This document shows positions 1-11,191 of a stretch of DNA of 64,000 nt, one piece after another (position 1 is the first letter of the stretch; each line of letters starts with the position of its first letter). Made by a program: the position numbers and the translations under genes. This DNA is from Alphaproteobacteria bacterium (lineage in GTDB: Bacteria > Pseudomonadota > Alphaproteobacteria > Bin95). The stretch lies in contig OZ219789.1 of assembly GCA_964291285.2 (NCBI GenBank), positions 96,001-160,000 of the forward strand, given 5' to 3'. The notes below the pieces were generated by a model. The model did no database searches. It saw nothing but the letters and a program-made list of their open reading frames with translations, and was not told the DNA's origin.

Positions 1-612
1 GGCGAACTCCGTCACCTCGGCGGGCGGGGCCGGCCTGTCGTCGGCGAGGTTGTAGGCGCGGCCGGGATTGGGCCGCGCGATGGAGGCCGCCAGCACCGCC
101 GCAATGTCATCGACATGGATGCGGGAAAACACCTGGCCCGGCTTGACGATGCGCCGCGCGCGCCCGGCCCTCGCCGCCGCAAGCGCGTTGCGGCCGGGCC
201 CGTAAATGCCTGCGATTCGGAAGACATGCAGCGGCAGGCCCAGCGCAGCCCAGGCGGCCTCCGCCTGCACCCGCCGGCGGCCCCGCCCGCCCGTCGGCTG
301 CAACGCGCTTTCCTCATCGACCCAGCCGCCGCCCCGGTCCCCGTAAACGCCGGTGGTCGAGAGGTAACCCGCCCAGACGAGCTCGGGAGGCGCCTCGAAG
401 CCCGGCACGAAGGGGTCGCCCTCCTCGCCCGGCGGCGCGGAGACGAGGAGATGCGTCGCCTCCGGGCGCGCAAAGCGGTTCCAGCCCCGCGCGGCGAACC
501 GCTCCATCTTCTCCGCGTCGCGCGTCGTGCCCGCGACCTCCCAGCCTTCCGACGCCAGCCGGAGCGCCAGCCGCTCCGCCGAATAGCCGAGCCCGTGGAC
601 GAAGAGCCTCAC
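1..612 (-). CDS. NAD(P)-dependent epimerase/extended SDR oxidoreductase (3'-truncated by window edge)
   Basis: Frame not in the ORF track. GTG at 612 gives (M)RLFVHGLGYSA (Rossmann-like)...YLSTTGVYGD...FRIAGIYGPGR...SRIHVDDIA, open to position 1. Confidence 0.85.
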   Translation of the reverse strand, partial: MRLFVHGLGYSAERLALRLASEGWEVAGTTRDAEKMERFAARGWNRFARPEATHLLVSAPPGEEGDPFVPGFEAPPELVWAGYLSTTGVYGDRGGGWVDEESALQPTGGRGRRRVQAEAAWAALGLPLHVFRIAGIYGPGRNALAAARAGRARRIVKPGQVFSRIHVDDIAAVLAASIARPNPGRAYNLADDRPAPPAEVTEFA

Positions 613-616
613 CGGC

Positions 617-1285
617 TCAGAAGTCGAGGTCGGCGTAATGGGGGGCCGGCCGCCAGCCCGGCACCCGGTCCGACAGCAGGGGCCGGACCGACGGGCGCGA
701 CTTGAACCGCGCATACCACTCCTGCGCCGTCGGATGCTCGGCCCAGGAAACCGCGCCCATATAGTCGAGTGACGAAAGATGCGCGCCGGCCGCGACATCG
801 GCCAGCGAGAAATGGTCGCCCGCCAGCCAGTGGCGCTCCGACAGCAGCATGTCGATATAGCGCAGATGCTGCTCGAGATTGAGCACGCCGGCGCGCACGA
901 ATTCGGAGTTCGGCGGCCCGTGCCCCGCCAGGCGCTTCATGATGCGCTCGCGGTAGAGGTAGTCCGTCACCTCGGACGCGAATTTGGCGTCGAACCAGAG
1001 GGTGAGGCGGCGGATTTCCGCCCTCGCCAGGGGTCCCGCATCCAGCAGCGCCGGGGCTTCCGCCGTCTCCTCCAGATATTCGACGATGGCCTGGCTCTCC
1101 GCCAGCGCGCGGCCGTCTTCCAGCAGCAGCACCGGCACCGTCCCCGCCGGATTGAGCGCGACAAACGCCTCGCGCCGCTCCCAGACCGGTTCTTCCTCGA
1201 GCGCAAACGGGACCTTGAGTTCACCCAGTACGACACGAACCTTGCGGCAATAGGGCGAAAGCGGCAGATGAAGCAGGGTCGTCAT
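617..1285 (-). CDS. fzlA: Glutathione S-transferase family protein, FzlA-like (FtsZ-binding)
   Basis: SPYCRKVR, LNPAGTVPVL and ESQAIVEYL GST motifs; C-terminal HYADLDF typical of alphaproteobacterial FzlA. Confidence 0.8.
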   Translation of the reverse strand: MTTLLHLPLSPYCRKVRVVLGELKVPFALEEEPVWERREAFVALNPAGTVPVLLLEDGRALAESQAIVEYLEETAEAPALLDAGPLARAEIRRLTLWFDAKFASEVTDYLYRERIMKRLAGHGPPNSEFVRAGVLNLEQHLRYIDMLLSERHWLAGDHFSLADVAAGAHLSSLDYMGAVSWAEHPTAQEWYARFKSRPSVRPLLSDRVPGWRPAPHYADLDF

Positions 1286-1373
1286 ATACGCCACCGGAAT
1301 CGGTCCCGCAGTTTAACCCGGAACCTCCGGGCGGTGCTATATCCTCACGGCCTCCTGGGGACCCGGATCGCCC

Positions 1374-2183
1374 TTGCCGCTATATCTCATCGTCCTTCTC
1401 GCACTCGTCCAGGGCATAACCGAATTCCTGCCGGTCAGCTCCTCGGCGCATCTGGTGCTCGTCCACGCCGCCTTCGGAGAACACCGTCCGGAGGAGGCCG
1501 CCGCGCTCGTTCTCGATGTCGCCGTGCATCTCGGCACGCTCGGCGCGGTGCTGGTCTATTTCCGCCGCGACATCGCCCGGCTGGCCGCCGCGGGCCTCGC
1601 CGGCCTCGCCGGACCGCGGCCCGAGGGCTGGGCGCTCGGCTGGCAGGTGGCGGCGGCAGCGGTTCCGGTTGCAGTCGCGGGCGCGCTCCTCAAGGACACG
1701 GTCGCAGCGGACCTCCGCAGCGTCGAGGTCATCGCCTGGGCCACGCTTCTGTTCGGCCTTGTCCTCTGGGCCGCCGACCGCCGGGGCCGGCGCACGAAAC
1801 GGCTCGATTCGCTGCGCCTGCCCCAAGCGCTCGCCATCGGCATGGCGCAGGTCCTGGCGCTGGCGCCCGGTGTCAGCCGCTCGGGCATCACCATGACGGC
1901 CGCGCTGGCGCTGGGCTTCGAGCGGGCGGAGGCGGCGCGCTTCTCCCTCCTGCTCTCGATCCCGGTCATTCTGGGCGCCGGGTTGTGGACCGCGCGGGAC
2001 CTCGCCCGCATGGGCGATCCGTCCATCGCGGCGGCCGCCGGGCTTGCCGCCCTCCTGGCCTTCCTGGCCGCGCTTGCGGCGATTGCCGCCATGATGCGCT
2101 GGCTCGCCCGCGCGAGCTTCACGCCCTTCGTCGTCTATCGCCTCCTGCTCGGCGGGCTGCTGCTCGCCTGGGCCTATTCCTGA
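1374..2183 (+). CDS. uppP: Undecaprenyl-diphosphate phosphatase
   Basis: QGITEFLPVSSSAHL and PGVSRSGIT BacA motifs; multi-pass hydrophobic. Confidence 0.95.
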   Translation: MPLYLIVLLALVQGITEFLPVSSSAHLVLVHAAFGEHRPEEAAALVLDVAVHLGTLGAVLVYFRRDIARLAAAGLAGLAGPRPEGWALGWQVAAAAVPVAVAGALLKDTVAADLRSVEVIAWATLLFGLVLWAADRRGRRTKRLDSLRLPQALAIGMAQVLALAPGVSRSGITMTAALALGFERAEAARFSLLLSIPVILGAGLWTARDLARMGDPSIAAAAGLAALLAFLAALAAIAAMMRWLARASFTPFVVYRLLLGGLLLAWAYS

Positions 2184-2223
2184 CTTCCCGGCCCGTATCC
2201 GCAGGCAGAAAGGACCGGCCCTC

Positions 2224-3417
2224 TTGACCGCTCTCGAAGGCATTCGCGTCGTCGATCTCACCCGCGTGCTCTCCGGTCCCTGGTGCGCGATGCAGCTCGC
2301 CGACCTCGGCGCGGAGGTGCTCAAGGTCGAGAACCCGGCCGGCGGCGACGACACGCGCAGCTTCCTCTCTCCCGCCCGGGACGGCCATTCGACCTATTTC
2401 CTGACCGTCAACCGCAACAAGAAGAGCATCGCCGTCGACATCACCCGTCCGGAGGGCGCCGAGATCGTGCGCGGGCTCGCGCGTATTTCCGACGTGCTGC
2501 TGGAGAACGCCCGCACAGGCGCGCTCGACCGGCGGGGCCTTGGCTACGAAGAGCTGGCGGCGGAAAATCCGGGCCTCGTCTATTGCTCCATCTCGGGCTA
2601 CGGACGCAGCGGCGCGCTCGCGGACAGGCCCGGCTACGACCCCGTGGCGCAGGGCGAGAGCGGCTTCATGTCGCTGACGGGCGAGCCCGACGGACCGCCC
2701 ATGCGCACCGGCGTCTCGCTGGTGGACATCATGGCCGGCATGTATGCGGCCCAGGCGGTGCTGGCGGCCCTGGTCGCGCGCGGGCGCACCGGCCGGGGCC
2801 AGTGCATCGACGTGCCGCTGTTCGACACCGCCGTCGCCATGACCTCCCATGCCGCGACCGCCTGGCTCGAAGGCGGGGTGGATATCGGCCGGCCCGGCAA
2901 TTCCAACCTGGTCGCCATGCCGGCCGGCCTGTTCGAGGCCGCGGACGGGCCGGTGATGATTACGGTGACGACCGACCGGCTGTTCCGCCGCCTGGCCGGA
3001 GAGGTCTTCCGCCGCCCCGAACTCGCGGACGATCCCGCCTTCGCCACCAACGCCGCGCGCATGGAGAACCGCGAGGCGCTGACCGCGGCGATGAACGCCA
3101 TCCTGAAAGCCGATACGCGGGACGGCTGGATCGCGCGCATGCGGGCCGCAGGCATTCCCGGCGGACCGGTGCGCAGCGTCCCGGAGGCCTTCGCATCCGA
3201 AGAGATGGCGCTGCGCAGCATGGTTGCGACACAGACCCACAGCGCCCTTGGAAAGGTGCAAGCCGTGCGGTCGCCGGTCGCCCTTTCCGGGACGCCGGTC
3301 CGCACACCGGCCGGCGCGCCGCTGCTCGGAGAGCACACCGAGGGCTGCCTTGCCGAACTGTTGGGCTACCCGCCCGAAAGAATCGCCCGCCTCCGCCGGG
3401 AGGGGACGATTCTGTAG
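2224..3417 (+). CDS. CaiB/BaiF family (class III) CoA-transferase
   Basis: LEGIRVVDLTRVLSGP, DLGAEVLKVE, NRNKKS, GYD, catalytic Asp region SLVDIMAG. Confidence 0.92.
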   Translation: MTALEGIRVVDLTRVLSGPWCAMQLADLGAEVLKVENPAGGDDTRSFLSPARDGHSTYFLTVNRNKKSIAVDITRPEGAEIVRGLARISDVLLENARTGALDRRGLGYEELAAENPGLVYCSISGYGRSGALADRPGYDPVAQGESGFMSLTGEPDGPPMRTGVSLVDIMAGMYAAQAVLAALVARGRTGRGQCIDVPLFDTAVAMTSHAATAWLEGGVDIGRPGNSNLVAMPAGLFEAADGPVMITVTTDRLFRRLAGEVFRRPELADDPAFATNAARMENREALTAAMNAILKADTRDGWIARMRAAGIPGGPVRSVPEAFASEEMALRSMVATQTHSALGKVQAVRSPVALSGTPVRTPAGAPLLGEHTEGCLAELLGYPPERIARLRREGTIL

Positions 3418-3429
3418 TCCTGAATTGCA

Positions 3430-3459
3430 GAACGCCCCGCCGTTTTCGGCGGGGCGTTC
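3430..3459. terminator. Perfect hairpin between convergent genes (likely bidirectional terminator)
   Basis: GAACGCCCCGCCG-TTTT-CGGCGGGGCGTTC, 13-bp perfect stem. Confidence 0.75.
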
Positions 3460-3487
3460 GCTTGGGTTGTCGGGCTCTCGCCCCAGA

Positions 3488-4351
3488 CTACTTGGAGAGG
3501 GTGACCACAACCCGGCGGTTCAGCACCTCGCGGGTGTTGTCCGGGGTCTTGATCGCAAGGTCCTCCTCGCCGGTTGCCGACATGCTGATGCGATCCTCAG
3601 GCACCAGCAGATCCAGCGTGAAGACCTCATAGACGACCTTGGCCCTCATCTCGGAGACCTTCATGTTATTGCCCTTCGTGCCGCTGGTATCGGCATGGCC
3701 GGAGACGCCAAGCGTCGAGCCCTTGACCTTGCGGAACGACGTGTAGGCCTTGTTGATCTCCTGCTGGGCAGCGCCGGTAATCGCCGTGCTGTTCCAGTCG
3801 AAATAGATCTCCCACGGTCCCATGTCGACGGGCTTGGGCTTGGGCTTGGGCTTGGGCTTCGGTTTCGGCTTCAGCGCCGCTTCCGCGGCACTCGCGCCTT
3901 CCTCGAACATCGCCTTGCAGTTCGCAATATCGCCGGGCTGGAAGTTCTCCTCCAGCTCCTGCAGCCAGCAGTCGAATCCGACCTGAGCCATGGCCGCAGC
4001 CTTTCCGGCCTTCTCGCGCCCGCCGTCGTCCAGGATGGTCTCGAGCCGCGCCTGGGCGATCTCCACTTCCAGCTTGGCGTCGGCCGGCAGCGCGCGCGCA
4101 GACGGCTGCTCAGGCATGACGTCGGCGCCGCCCGCAACCGCCAGCACGCGATCAGCAAAGACGCGGGCGTCCTGCCAGTCCGCTTCGGCGGCTTCCATGT
4201 CTGCAAGCTTCTTGTAGCCCTCGATCAGACCCATCTGGAAGTCGGACCCGGTCGCCTCGGCCATCTGCGCATCTTTCAGGCTTGATGCGCATCCCCCGAG
4301 CGCAAGCGCAGCGGCCCCGACCACAACATAGGCAGTGATCCGTGACAGCAT
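3488..4351 (-). CDS. OmpA-family peptidoglycan-associated lipoprotein with Lys-Pro linker
   Basis: Lipobox LALGGC; (KP)n linker; OmpA C-terminal IYFD...GHAD..G...N...SEMRA...NRRV. Confidence 0.9.
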   Translation of the reverse strand: MLSRITAYVVVGAAALALGGCASSLKDAQMAEATGSDFQMGLIEGYKKLADMEAAEADWQDARVFADRVLAVAGGADVMPEQPSARALPADAKLEVEIAQARLETILDDGGREKAGKAAAMAQVGFDCWLQELEENFQPGDIANCKAMFEEGASAAEAALKPKPKPKPKPKPKPVDMGPWEIYFDWNSTAITGAAQQEINKAYTSFRKVKGSTLGVSGHADTSGTKGNNMKVSEMRAKVVYEVFTLDLLVPEDRISMSATGEEDLAIKTPDNTREVLNRRVVVTLSK

Positions 4352-4449
4352 GTTATTTCCTCGCGATTGGCGTTTCTCGAATTAGCGGGCGGCCCATCGA
4401 CTCGGCCACTCGCTATAGTAGAGACTTATGACCGATTCGCAAACTTTAA

Positions 4450-6540
4450 TCACCTGTTCGTCACAGCTTCTCTCAGCGGTACACCGCTCTCCGCGAGACG
4501 CCGCAGTAGGGGCGCCGGCGCCCAACGTTCTCCGTAGCGCTGGTGCCATGCAGCGATCCTGCCATAGACCTCGCGCACGCCCACGGTGTCGGCCCAGTAC
4601 ATGAGCCCGCCACGATAGCGCGGGAAGCCGAATCCGCAGAGCCACATCGTATCCACCTCCACGGCGCGCCGGGCTATGCCCTCCTCGATGATCCGGCAGG
4701 CTTCGTTGACCGAGGAAAAAAGCAGGCGCTGCACGATTTCCTCGTCGTCGAATGTCCGTTGCTCAACGCCCGATTCGCCCGAGACCTGCCGGATCAGCGC
4801 CGCCACTTCCGGGTCCGGATGCGGCGTGCGGCTGCCCGGCTCGTAGCGATACCAGCCGGCGCCGGTCTTCATGCCGAGGCGGCCGGACTCGACCAGGGCA
4901 TCGGCGATGGGCAGCGGACGGGCGGACGGGTCCGCGGCCTCCCTGCGCTTGCGCCCCGCATAGCCGATGTCGAGCCCGGCGAGGTCGCCGACCGTGAACG
5001 GCCCCATCGGATAGCCGAATTCCACCATCGCCCGGTCCACCTGCTCCGGCAGCGCCCCTTCCTCCAGCAGCAGGACCATCTCGGTATTGAAGGGCGCGCG
5101 CGAGCGGTTCGCGACGAATCCATCGCAATTGCCGCAGACGACGCCCACCTTGCCGAGCCTTCCGGCCAGCGCCTGGACAGAGGCCAGAACCTCCTCGGAG
5201 GTCCGCTCGCCGCGCACGATCTCCAGCAGCTTCATCACATTGGCCGGGCTGAAGAAATGCGCGCCGGCCACATCTTCCGGCCGCCCCGTCGCGGCCGCGA
5301 TTTCGTCGATATCGAGCGCGGAGGTGTTGGTGAGCAGCAGCGCGCCGGGCTTCATCACCCGGTCCAATGTCTCGAAGACCTCCCGCTTGATGCCGATTTC
5401 CTCGAACACCGCCTCGATCACGACATCGGCGCCCGCAATGGCGTCGTAGGAATCGACCGGCTCGATGAGCGCAAGTCGCGCCTCCATGCCGGCTGCATCG
5501 AGCGAGCCCCGCTCGACGCTCGCCGCATAGGTCTTCCCGATGCGCTCCATGCCCCGCGCGAGCGTCTCCGGGTCCTTGTCCATGATCTTCACCGGCAGGC
5601 CGGCATCGGCGCAGGTCATGGCGATCCCGCCGCCCATGGTTCCGGCGCCGACCACTGCGGCCGCCTCCACCGGGCGGGCCGGCGTCCCGCGCGGCACATC
5701 CGGCGCGCGCCGGGCTTCGCGCTCGCTGAAGAAGGCATAGCGCAGCGCCTTGGCCTCCTCGGAGTTCTCCAGCTCCTCGAACAGCGCACGCTCCTGCCTG
5801 ATGCCTTCCTCGAAGGGCGTGGAACAGGCTATCTCCACGCAGCGGATGCAGTGCCAGGGGGCCTTCTGGTTGCGCGCGCGCCGGGCGATCTTCCGGCGCA
5901 TCGCCTCGAAGATGCCGGGATCGTGGTCCGGTATCTCGCGTTCCGAAATCCGGGGCAGGACCGGCTCGTTCATCACCCGCATGGCAAAGGCGACAGCCGC
6001 GTCGCGCAGTTCCCCGCCTTCCACCAGCTCGTCGAGAATGCCGAGTTCCAGGGCCTCCGACGCGGGCACATGGCGGCCGGAGACGATCATCTCCAGCGCC
6101 GCTTCCGGACCGATCAGGCGCGGCAGGCGCTGCGTGCCGCCGCCGCCCGGCAGAATGCCGATCAGGACTTCGGGCAGGCCCACCTTCGCGCCCGGCACCG
6201 CAATGCGGTAGTGGCAGCCGAGCGCATTCTCCAGGCCGCCGCCGAGCGCATAGCCGTGAATGGCGGCCACGACCGGCTTCGGGCTCGCTTCCAGCACGTC
6301 GTGGGTGCGCCGGGCGACCGTCGGGCGCCCCTTGCCGAAACCGCGAATGTCGGCCCCGGCGATGAAGGACCGCCCGGCGCCGATCAGCACCATGGCGTGC
6401 ACCTCCGGGTCGGCGACGCCGCGGTCCACCGCTTCCAGTATGCCCTCGCGCACGCCCGGCCCCAGCGCGTTCACCGGCGGATAGTCCACCGTGATGACGC
6501 CAACCGGGCCCTGCCTGGTGAAATGGACGACCTCGGACAT
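4450..6540 (-). CDS. Enoyl-CoA hydratase / 3-hydroxyacyl-CoA dehydrogenase bifunctional enzyme
   Basis: AGADI, GGGLE, PEV..G..PGGGGTQRLPR; VVGAGTMGGGIA, TNTS, HFFSPA. Confidence 0.95.
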   Translation of the reverse strand: MSEVVHFTRQGPVGVITVDYPPVNALGPGVREGILEAVDRGVADPEVHAMVLIGAGRSFIAGADIRGFGKGRPTVARRTHDVLEASPKPVVAAIHGYALGGGLENALGCHYRIAVPGAKVGLPEVLIGILPGGGGTQRLPRLIGPEAALEMIVSGRHVPASEALELGILDELVEGGELRDAAVAFAMRVMNEPVLPRISEREIPDHDPGIFEAMRRKIARRARNQKAPWHCIRCVEIACSTPFEEGIRQERALFEELENSEEAKALRYAFFSEREARRAPDVPRGTPARPVEAAAVVGAGTMGGGIAMTCADAGLPVKIMDKDPETLARGMERIGKTYAASVERGSLDAAGMEARLALIEPVDSYDAIAGADVVIEAVFEEIGIKREVFETLDRVMKPGALLLTNTSALDIDEIAAATGRPEDVAGAHFFSPANVMKLLEIVRGERTSEEVLASVQALAGRLGKVGVVCGNCDGFVANRSRAPFNTEMVLLLEEGALPEQVDRAMVEFGYPMGPFTVGDLAGLDIGYAGRKRREAADPSARPLPIADALVESGRLGMKTGAGWYRYEPGSRTPHPDPEVAALIRQVSGESGVEQRTFDDEEIVQRLLFSSVNEACRIIEEGIARRAVEVDTMWLCGFGFPRYRGGLMYWADTVGVREVYGRIAAWHQRYGERWAPAPLLRRLAESGVPLREAVTNR

Positions 6541-6570
6541 GATTCCCCCTTCCGCCGGTGGTGCGGCGGT

Positions 6571-7550
6571 TTATAGCGGATAGGTGCCCGCCATGCGCGC
6601 GCGCAGGCGGATGAGCGCCAGCACGGTGTCGATGGCCGGCGTCGCGACGCCGGCGCGCCGCCCCAGCTCGCTGACCGCGCCCACCAGCGCATCGATTTCC
6701 ATCGGCCGGCCGCGCTCCAGGTCCTGCAGCATCGAGGTCTTGTGCGCGCCGACCGCGACCGCGCCCTCAAGCCGCCGCTCCAGCGGGATGCGGAAGCGCA
6801 CGCCCAGCGCCTCGCCGACCGCCTGCCCCTCTCGCATCATCGCTTCGACGAGCCGGCGCACCTCACCGTCCGAGCCGATTTCGGCGAGCGTCGCATGGGT
6901 GAGCGCCGAGATCGGGTTGAAGCAGAGATTGCCCCAGAGCTTCACCCAGATCTCGTCGCGGATGCGGGGCCGGACGGGCGCGCGGAAGCCTGCCGCGATG
7001 AGCAGCCGGGACAAAGCCGAGGCCCGCTCGCTGCGCGTTCCGTCGGGCTCTCCGAGCGTGTAGCTGTTGCCGTCGATATGCCGGCAGACGCCGGGCTCGA
7101 CGATCTCCGTAGCCGGATAGACGACGCAGCCGATGGCGCGCTCCGGCCCGAGCCCCCGCCATTGCGCGCCGCCCGGATCGACCGCTTCCACCGGCCCCGA
7201 AGCAAAGCCCGTCCCGATACCGTGGAAATACCACCAGGGGACGCCGTTCATCGCGGTGACGACCGCCGTGCCGGGCCCGAGCAGCGGGCGCATCGCCTCC
7301 ACTGCCCCGGGCGACTGGTGCGCCTTGAGCGTCACGATCACGAAATCCTGGACGCCGAACGCCGCCGGGTCGTCGCTGGCCGCGACCGGCAGCGTGAAGT
7401 CCTCCTCGTCGGAGACGAAGCGCAGCCCGTTCGCCTGCAAGGCAGCAAGATGGGGCCCACGCGCGACCAGGCTGACCTCGGCCTCACCCTGCCGGGCAAG
7501 CAGGGCGGCCAGGTGGCACCCGATCGCACCCGCCCCGAAGATCGCGATCT

Positions 7551-7554
<4 letters not shown>
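6571..7554 (-). CDS. 2-dehydropantoate 2-reductase family (PanE2 / oxalyl-CoA reductase-like)
   Basis: GAGAIG, NGVPWWYF, WVKLWGNLCFNPISALT, KTSMLQD; 4-bp overlap with the acyl-CoA ligase. Confidence 0.88.
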
Positions 7555-9097
<1,543 letters not shown>

Positions 9098-9101
<4 letters not shown>

Positions 9102-10084
9102 GGCTCGACGACCACCGTGCCGAGCTTGTCGAGGCTTTCCACCAGTTCATGCGCGGCGACGATGTCATCGAGGGGAAACCGCGCCGCGACCGGGAACAAC
9201 CGCCCCTCGCCCGCCGCCCAGCGCGTCACGTCGCGTTGCGCCTGCCGGCGGGCCTCGGGCGGGATGCTGTTCAGCACCACGAAATGCAGGGTGGCGTTCA
9301 GGCCCATCAGGGCGCGCACATCGATCTCAGGTTTCCTGTCGCCGTCGCTGGCATAGATTGCGACGGCCCCGTTGCGTTTCAATGCCCCTATCGCGACGGC
9401 GAGATTGCCGCCGAAATCGACCTCGACGATGCGGTCCACCCCCTCGCCGCCCGTGAACTCCCGAACCCGCGCGACGACATCCTCATTCCGGTAATTGATC
9501 ACGGCGTCGGCCCCGCCGGCGAGTGCATGCGCCGCCTTGGCCTCGCCGCTCACCGTCGCCAGCACGCGCGCGCCGCCCCATTTGGCCAGCTGCACGGCAT
9601 AGTGGCCGACCGCGCCGGCTCCTCCCGTGACAAGCACGGTTTGGCCCGCGACCGACCCGTCCTGGAAGACGCAGCGATGCGCCGTCATGGCGGGAATGCC
9701 GAGCGTCGCCCCTTCCGCGAATCCGAGTTCGTCGGGAAGCGCATGGACGAGCCCGGCGTCGAGCGCGATATATTCCGCCGCCGTGCCGAACGCCCGGCCG
9801 AGCCGCTGGCCGTTATAGAGCCACACCCTCCGGCCGACCCAGGCCGGGTCTACCCCTGCGCCGACCTGGTCCACCGTGCCGGCGCCGTCGCTGTTGGGGA
9901 TCACGCGCGGGAACTGGAAGCCGTAGTCGCTCGCGCCCGCGCGCAACTTCACGTCCGCCGGGTTGACGCCCGACGCCGCCAGCCGCACGCGAACCTCGCC
10001 CGGCCCCGCCTCCGGCGTCGGCATCTCTCCGACTTCCAGCACCTCCCGCGCCGGTCCCTTGCGCTGGTACCACGCCGCCCGCAT
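9098..10084 (-). CDS. NADPH:quinone reductase (MDR/zeta-crystallin family)
   Basis: SGVNPAD, PNSDGAG, GGAGAVG; ATG chosen at 10084. Confidence 0.9.
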
Positions 10085-10172
10085 CGATCCCCTCCCGCTC
10101 ATCCTGCATCGCATGATTTAATGCGCGCCCGCAAGAATTCGAGAGCCGTGCGACAATGGAGGCGACAGGACC

Positions 10173-11126
10173 ATGAAGCGGATCGTCTTTCTGGAGCGCA
10201 ACTCCTTTCCGCCGGGCGTGCCGATCCGCCGCCCCGGCTTCCCGCATGAGTGGGTGGAGTTCGACGAGACGCATCCCGACCGGGCGGCGGACCGGCTTCG
10301 GGGCGCCCATGTCGCGGTGACGAACAAATGCCGCATCGACGCCTCCGTGTTCGAAGCCGCGCCGACGCTGGAGCTCGTCGCGGTTTCGGCCACCGGCACC
10401 GACTGCGTGGACAAGGAAGCGGCGCGCGCCGCGGGCGTGCCGGTCACCAATGTCACCGGCTATGCCGCCGACAGCGTGGCCGAACATGCGCTCGCCCTGC
10501 TGCTTGCGCTCGCGCGCGCCGTGCCCGCCTATGACCGCGCCGTGGCCGAGGGGCGCTGGGCGAAGGCGCGCCAGTTCTGCCTGTTCGACTACCCGATCCT
10601 GGACCTTGCCGGGCGGCGGCTCGGCATTGTCGGCGCAGGCGTTATCGGCTCCGCGGTCGCGAGGAAGGCCGCGGCCCTCGGCATGGAGCCGGTCGTCGCC
10701 GCGCGCAAAGGCGCAGCGCCCTGCCCCGGCCGCATCGCTTTCGGAGAGATGCTGGAGACCGCCGACGCCATCTCCATCCACTGCCCGCTCAACGAGGAGA
10801 CCCGCGGGCTGATCGGCCGGGCGGAATTCGCCGCGATGCGCCGCCGGCCCTTCCTCGTCAACACGGCGCGGGGCGGCATCGTGGACGAGGCCGCGCTGGC
10901 CGAGGCGCTCGACCGGGGGACGATCCGGGGCGCGGCTTTCGACGTGGCGACCGCCGAGCCGCCGCCGGAAGGCCATCCGCTGCCCGCGCTTGCCGGGCGG
11001 CCCAATTTCATCGTGACCCCGCATGTGGCCTGGGCGAGCGAAGCCGCCATGGCAGCGCTTATCGAGGGCCTCGTCTCGGGGCTCGAAGCCTGGGCCCGCG
11101 GAGACATCACCAACCGCGTCGCTTGA
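10173..11126 (+). CDS. D-2-hydroxyacid dehydrogenase (hydroxypyruvate reductase/glycerate dehydrogenase-like)
   Basis: ATGTD, VGAGVIG, HCPL, NTARGG, DV...EPP, TPHVAW. Confidence 0.9.
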   Translation: MKRIVFLERNSFPPGVPIRRPGFPHEWVEFDETHPDRAADRLRGAHVAVTNKCRIDASVFEAAPTLELVAVSATGTDCVDKEAARAAGVPVTNVTGYAADSVAEHALALLLALARAVPAYDRAVAEGRWAKARQFCLFDYPILDLAGRRLGIVGAGVIGSAVARKAAALGMEPVVAARKGAAPCPGRIAFGEMLETADAISIHCPLNEETRGLIGRAEFAAMRRRPFLVNTARGGIVDEAALAEALDRGTIRGAAFDVATAEPPPEGHPLPALAGRPNFIVTPHVAWASEAAMAALIEGLVSGLEAWARGDITNRVA

Positions 11127-11191
11127 CCCGCCGGGCGGCGTCGGGCGAAAACGGCGACCGATCCCGCAGATACGGCAAGGCAGAGCAGGCA

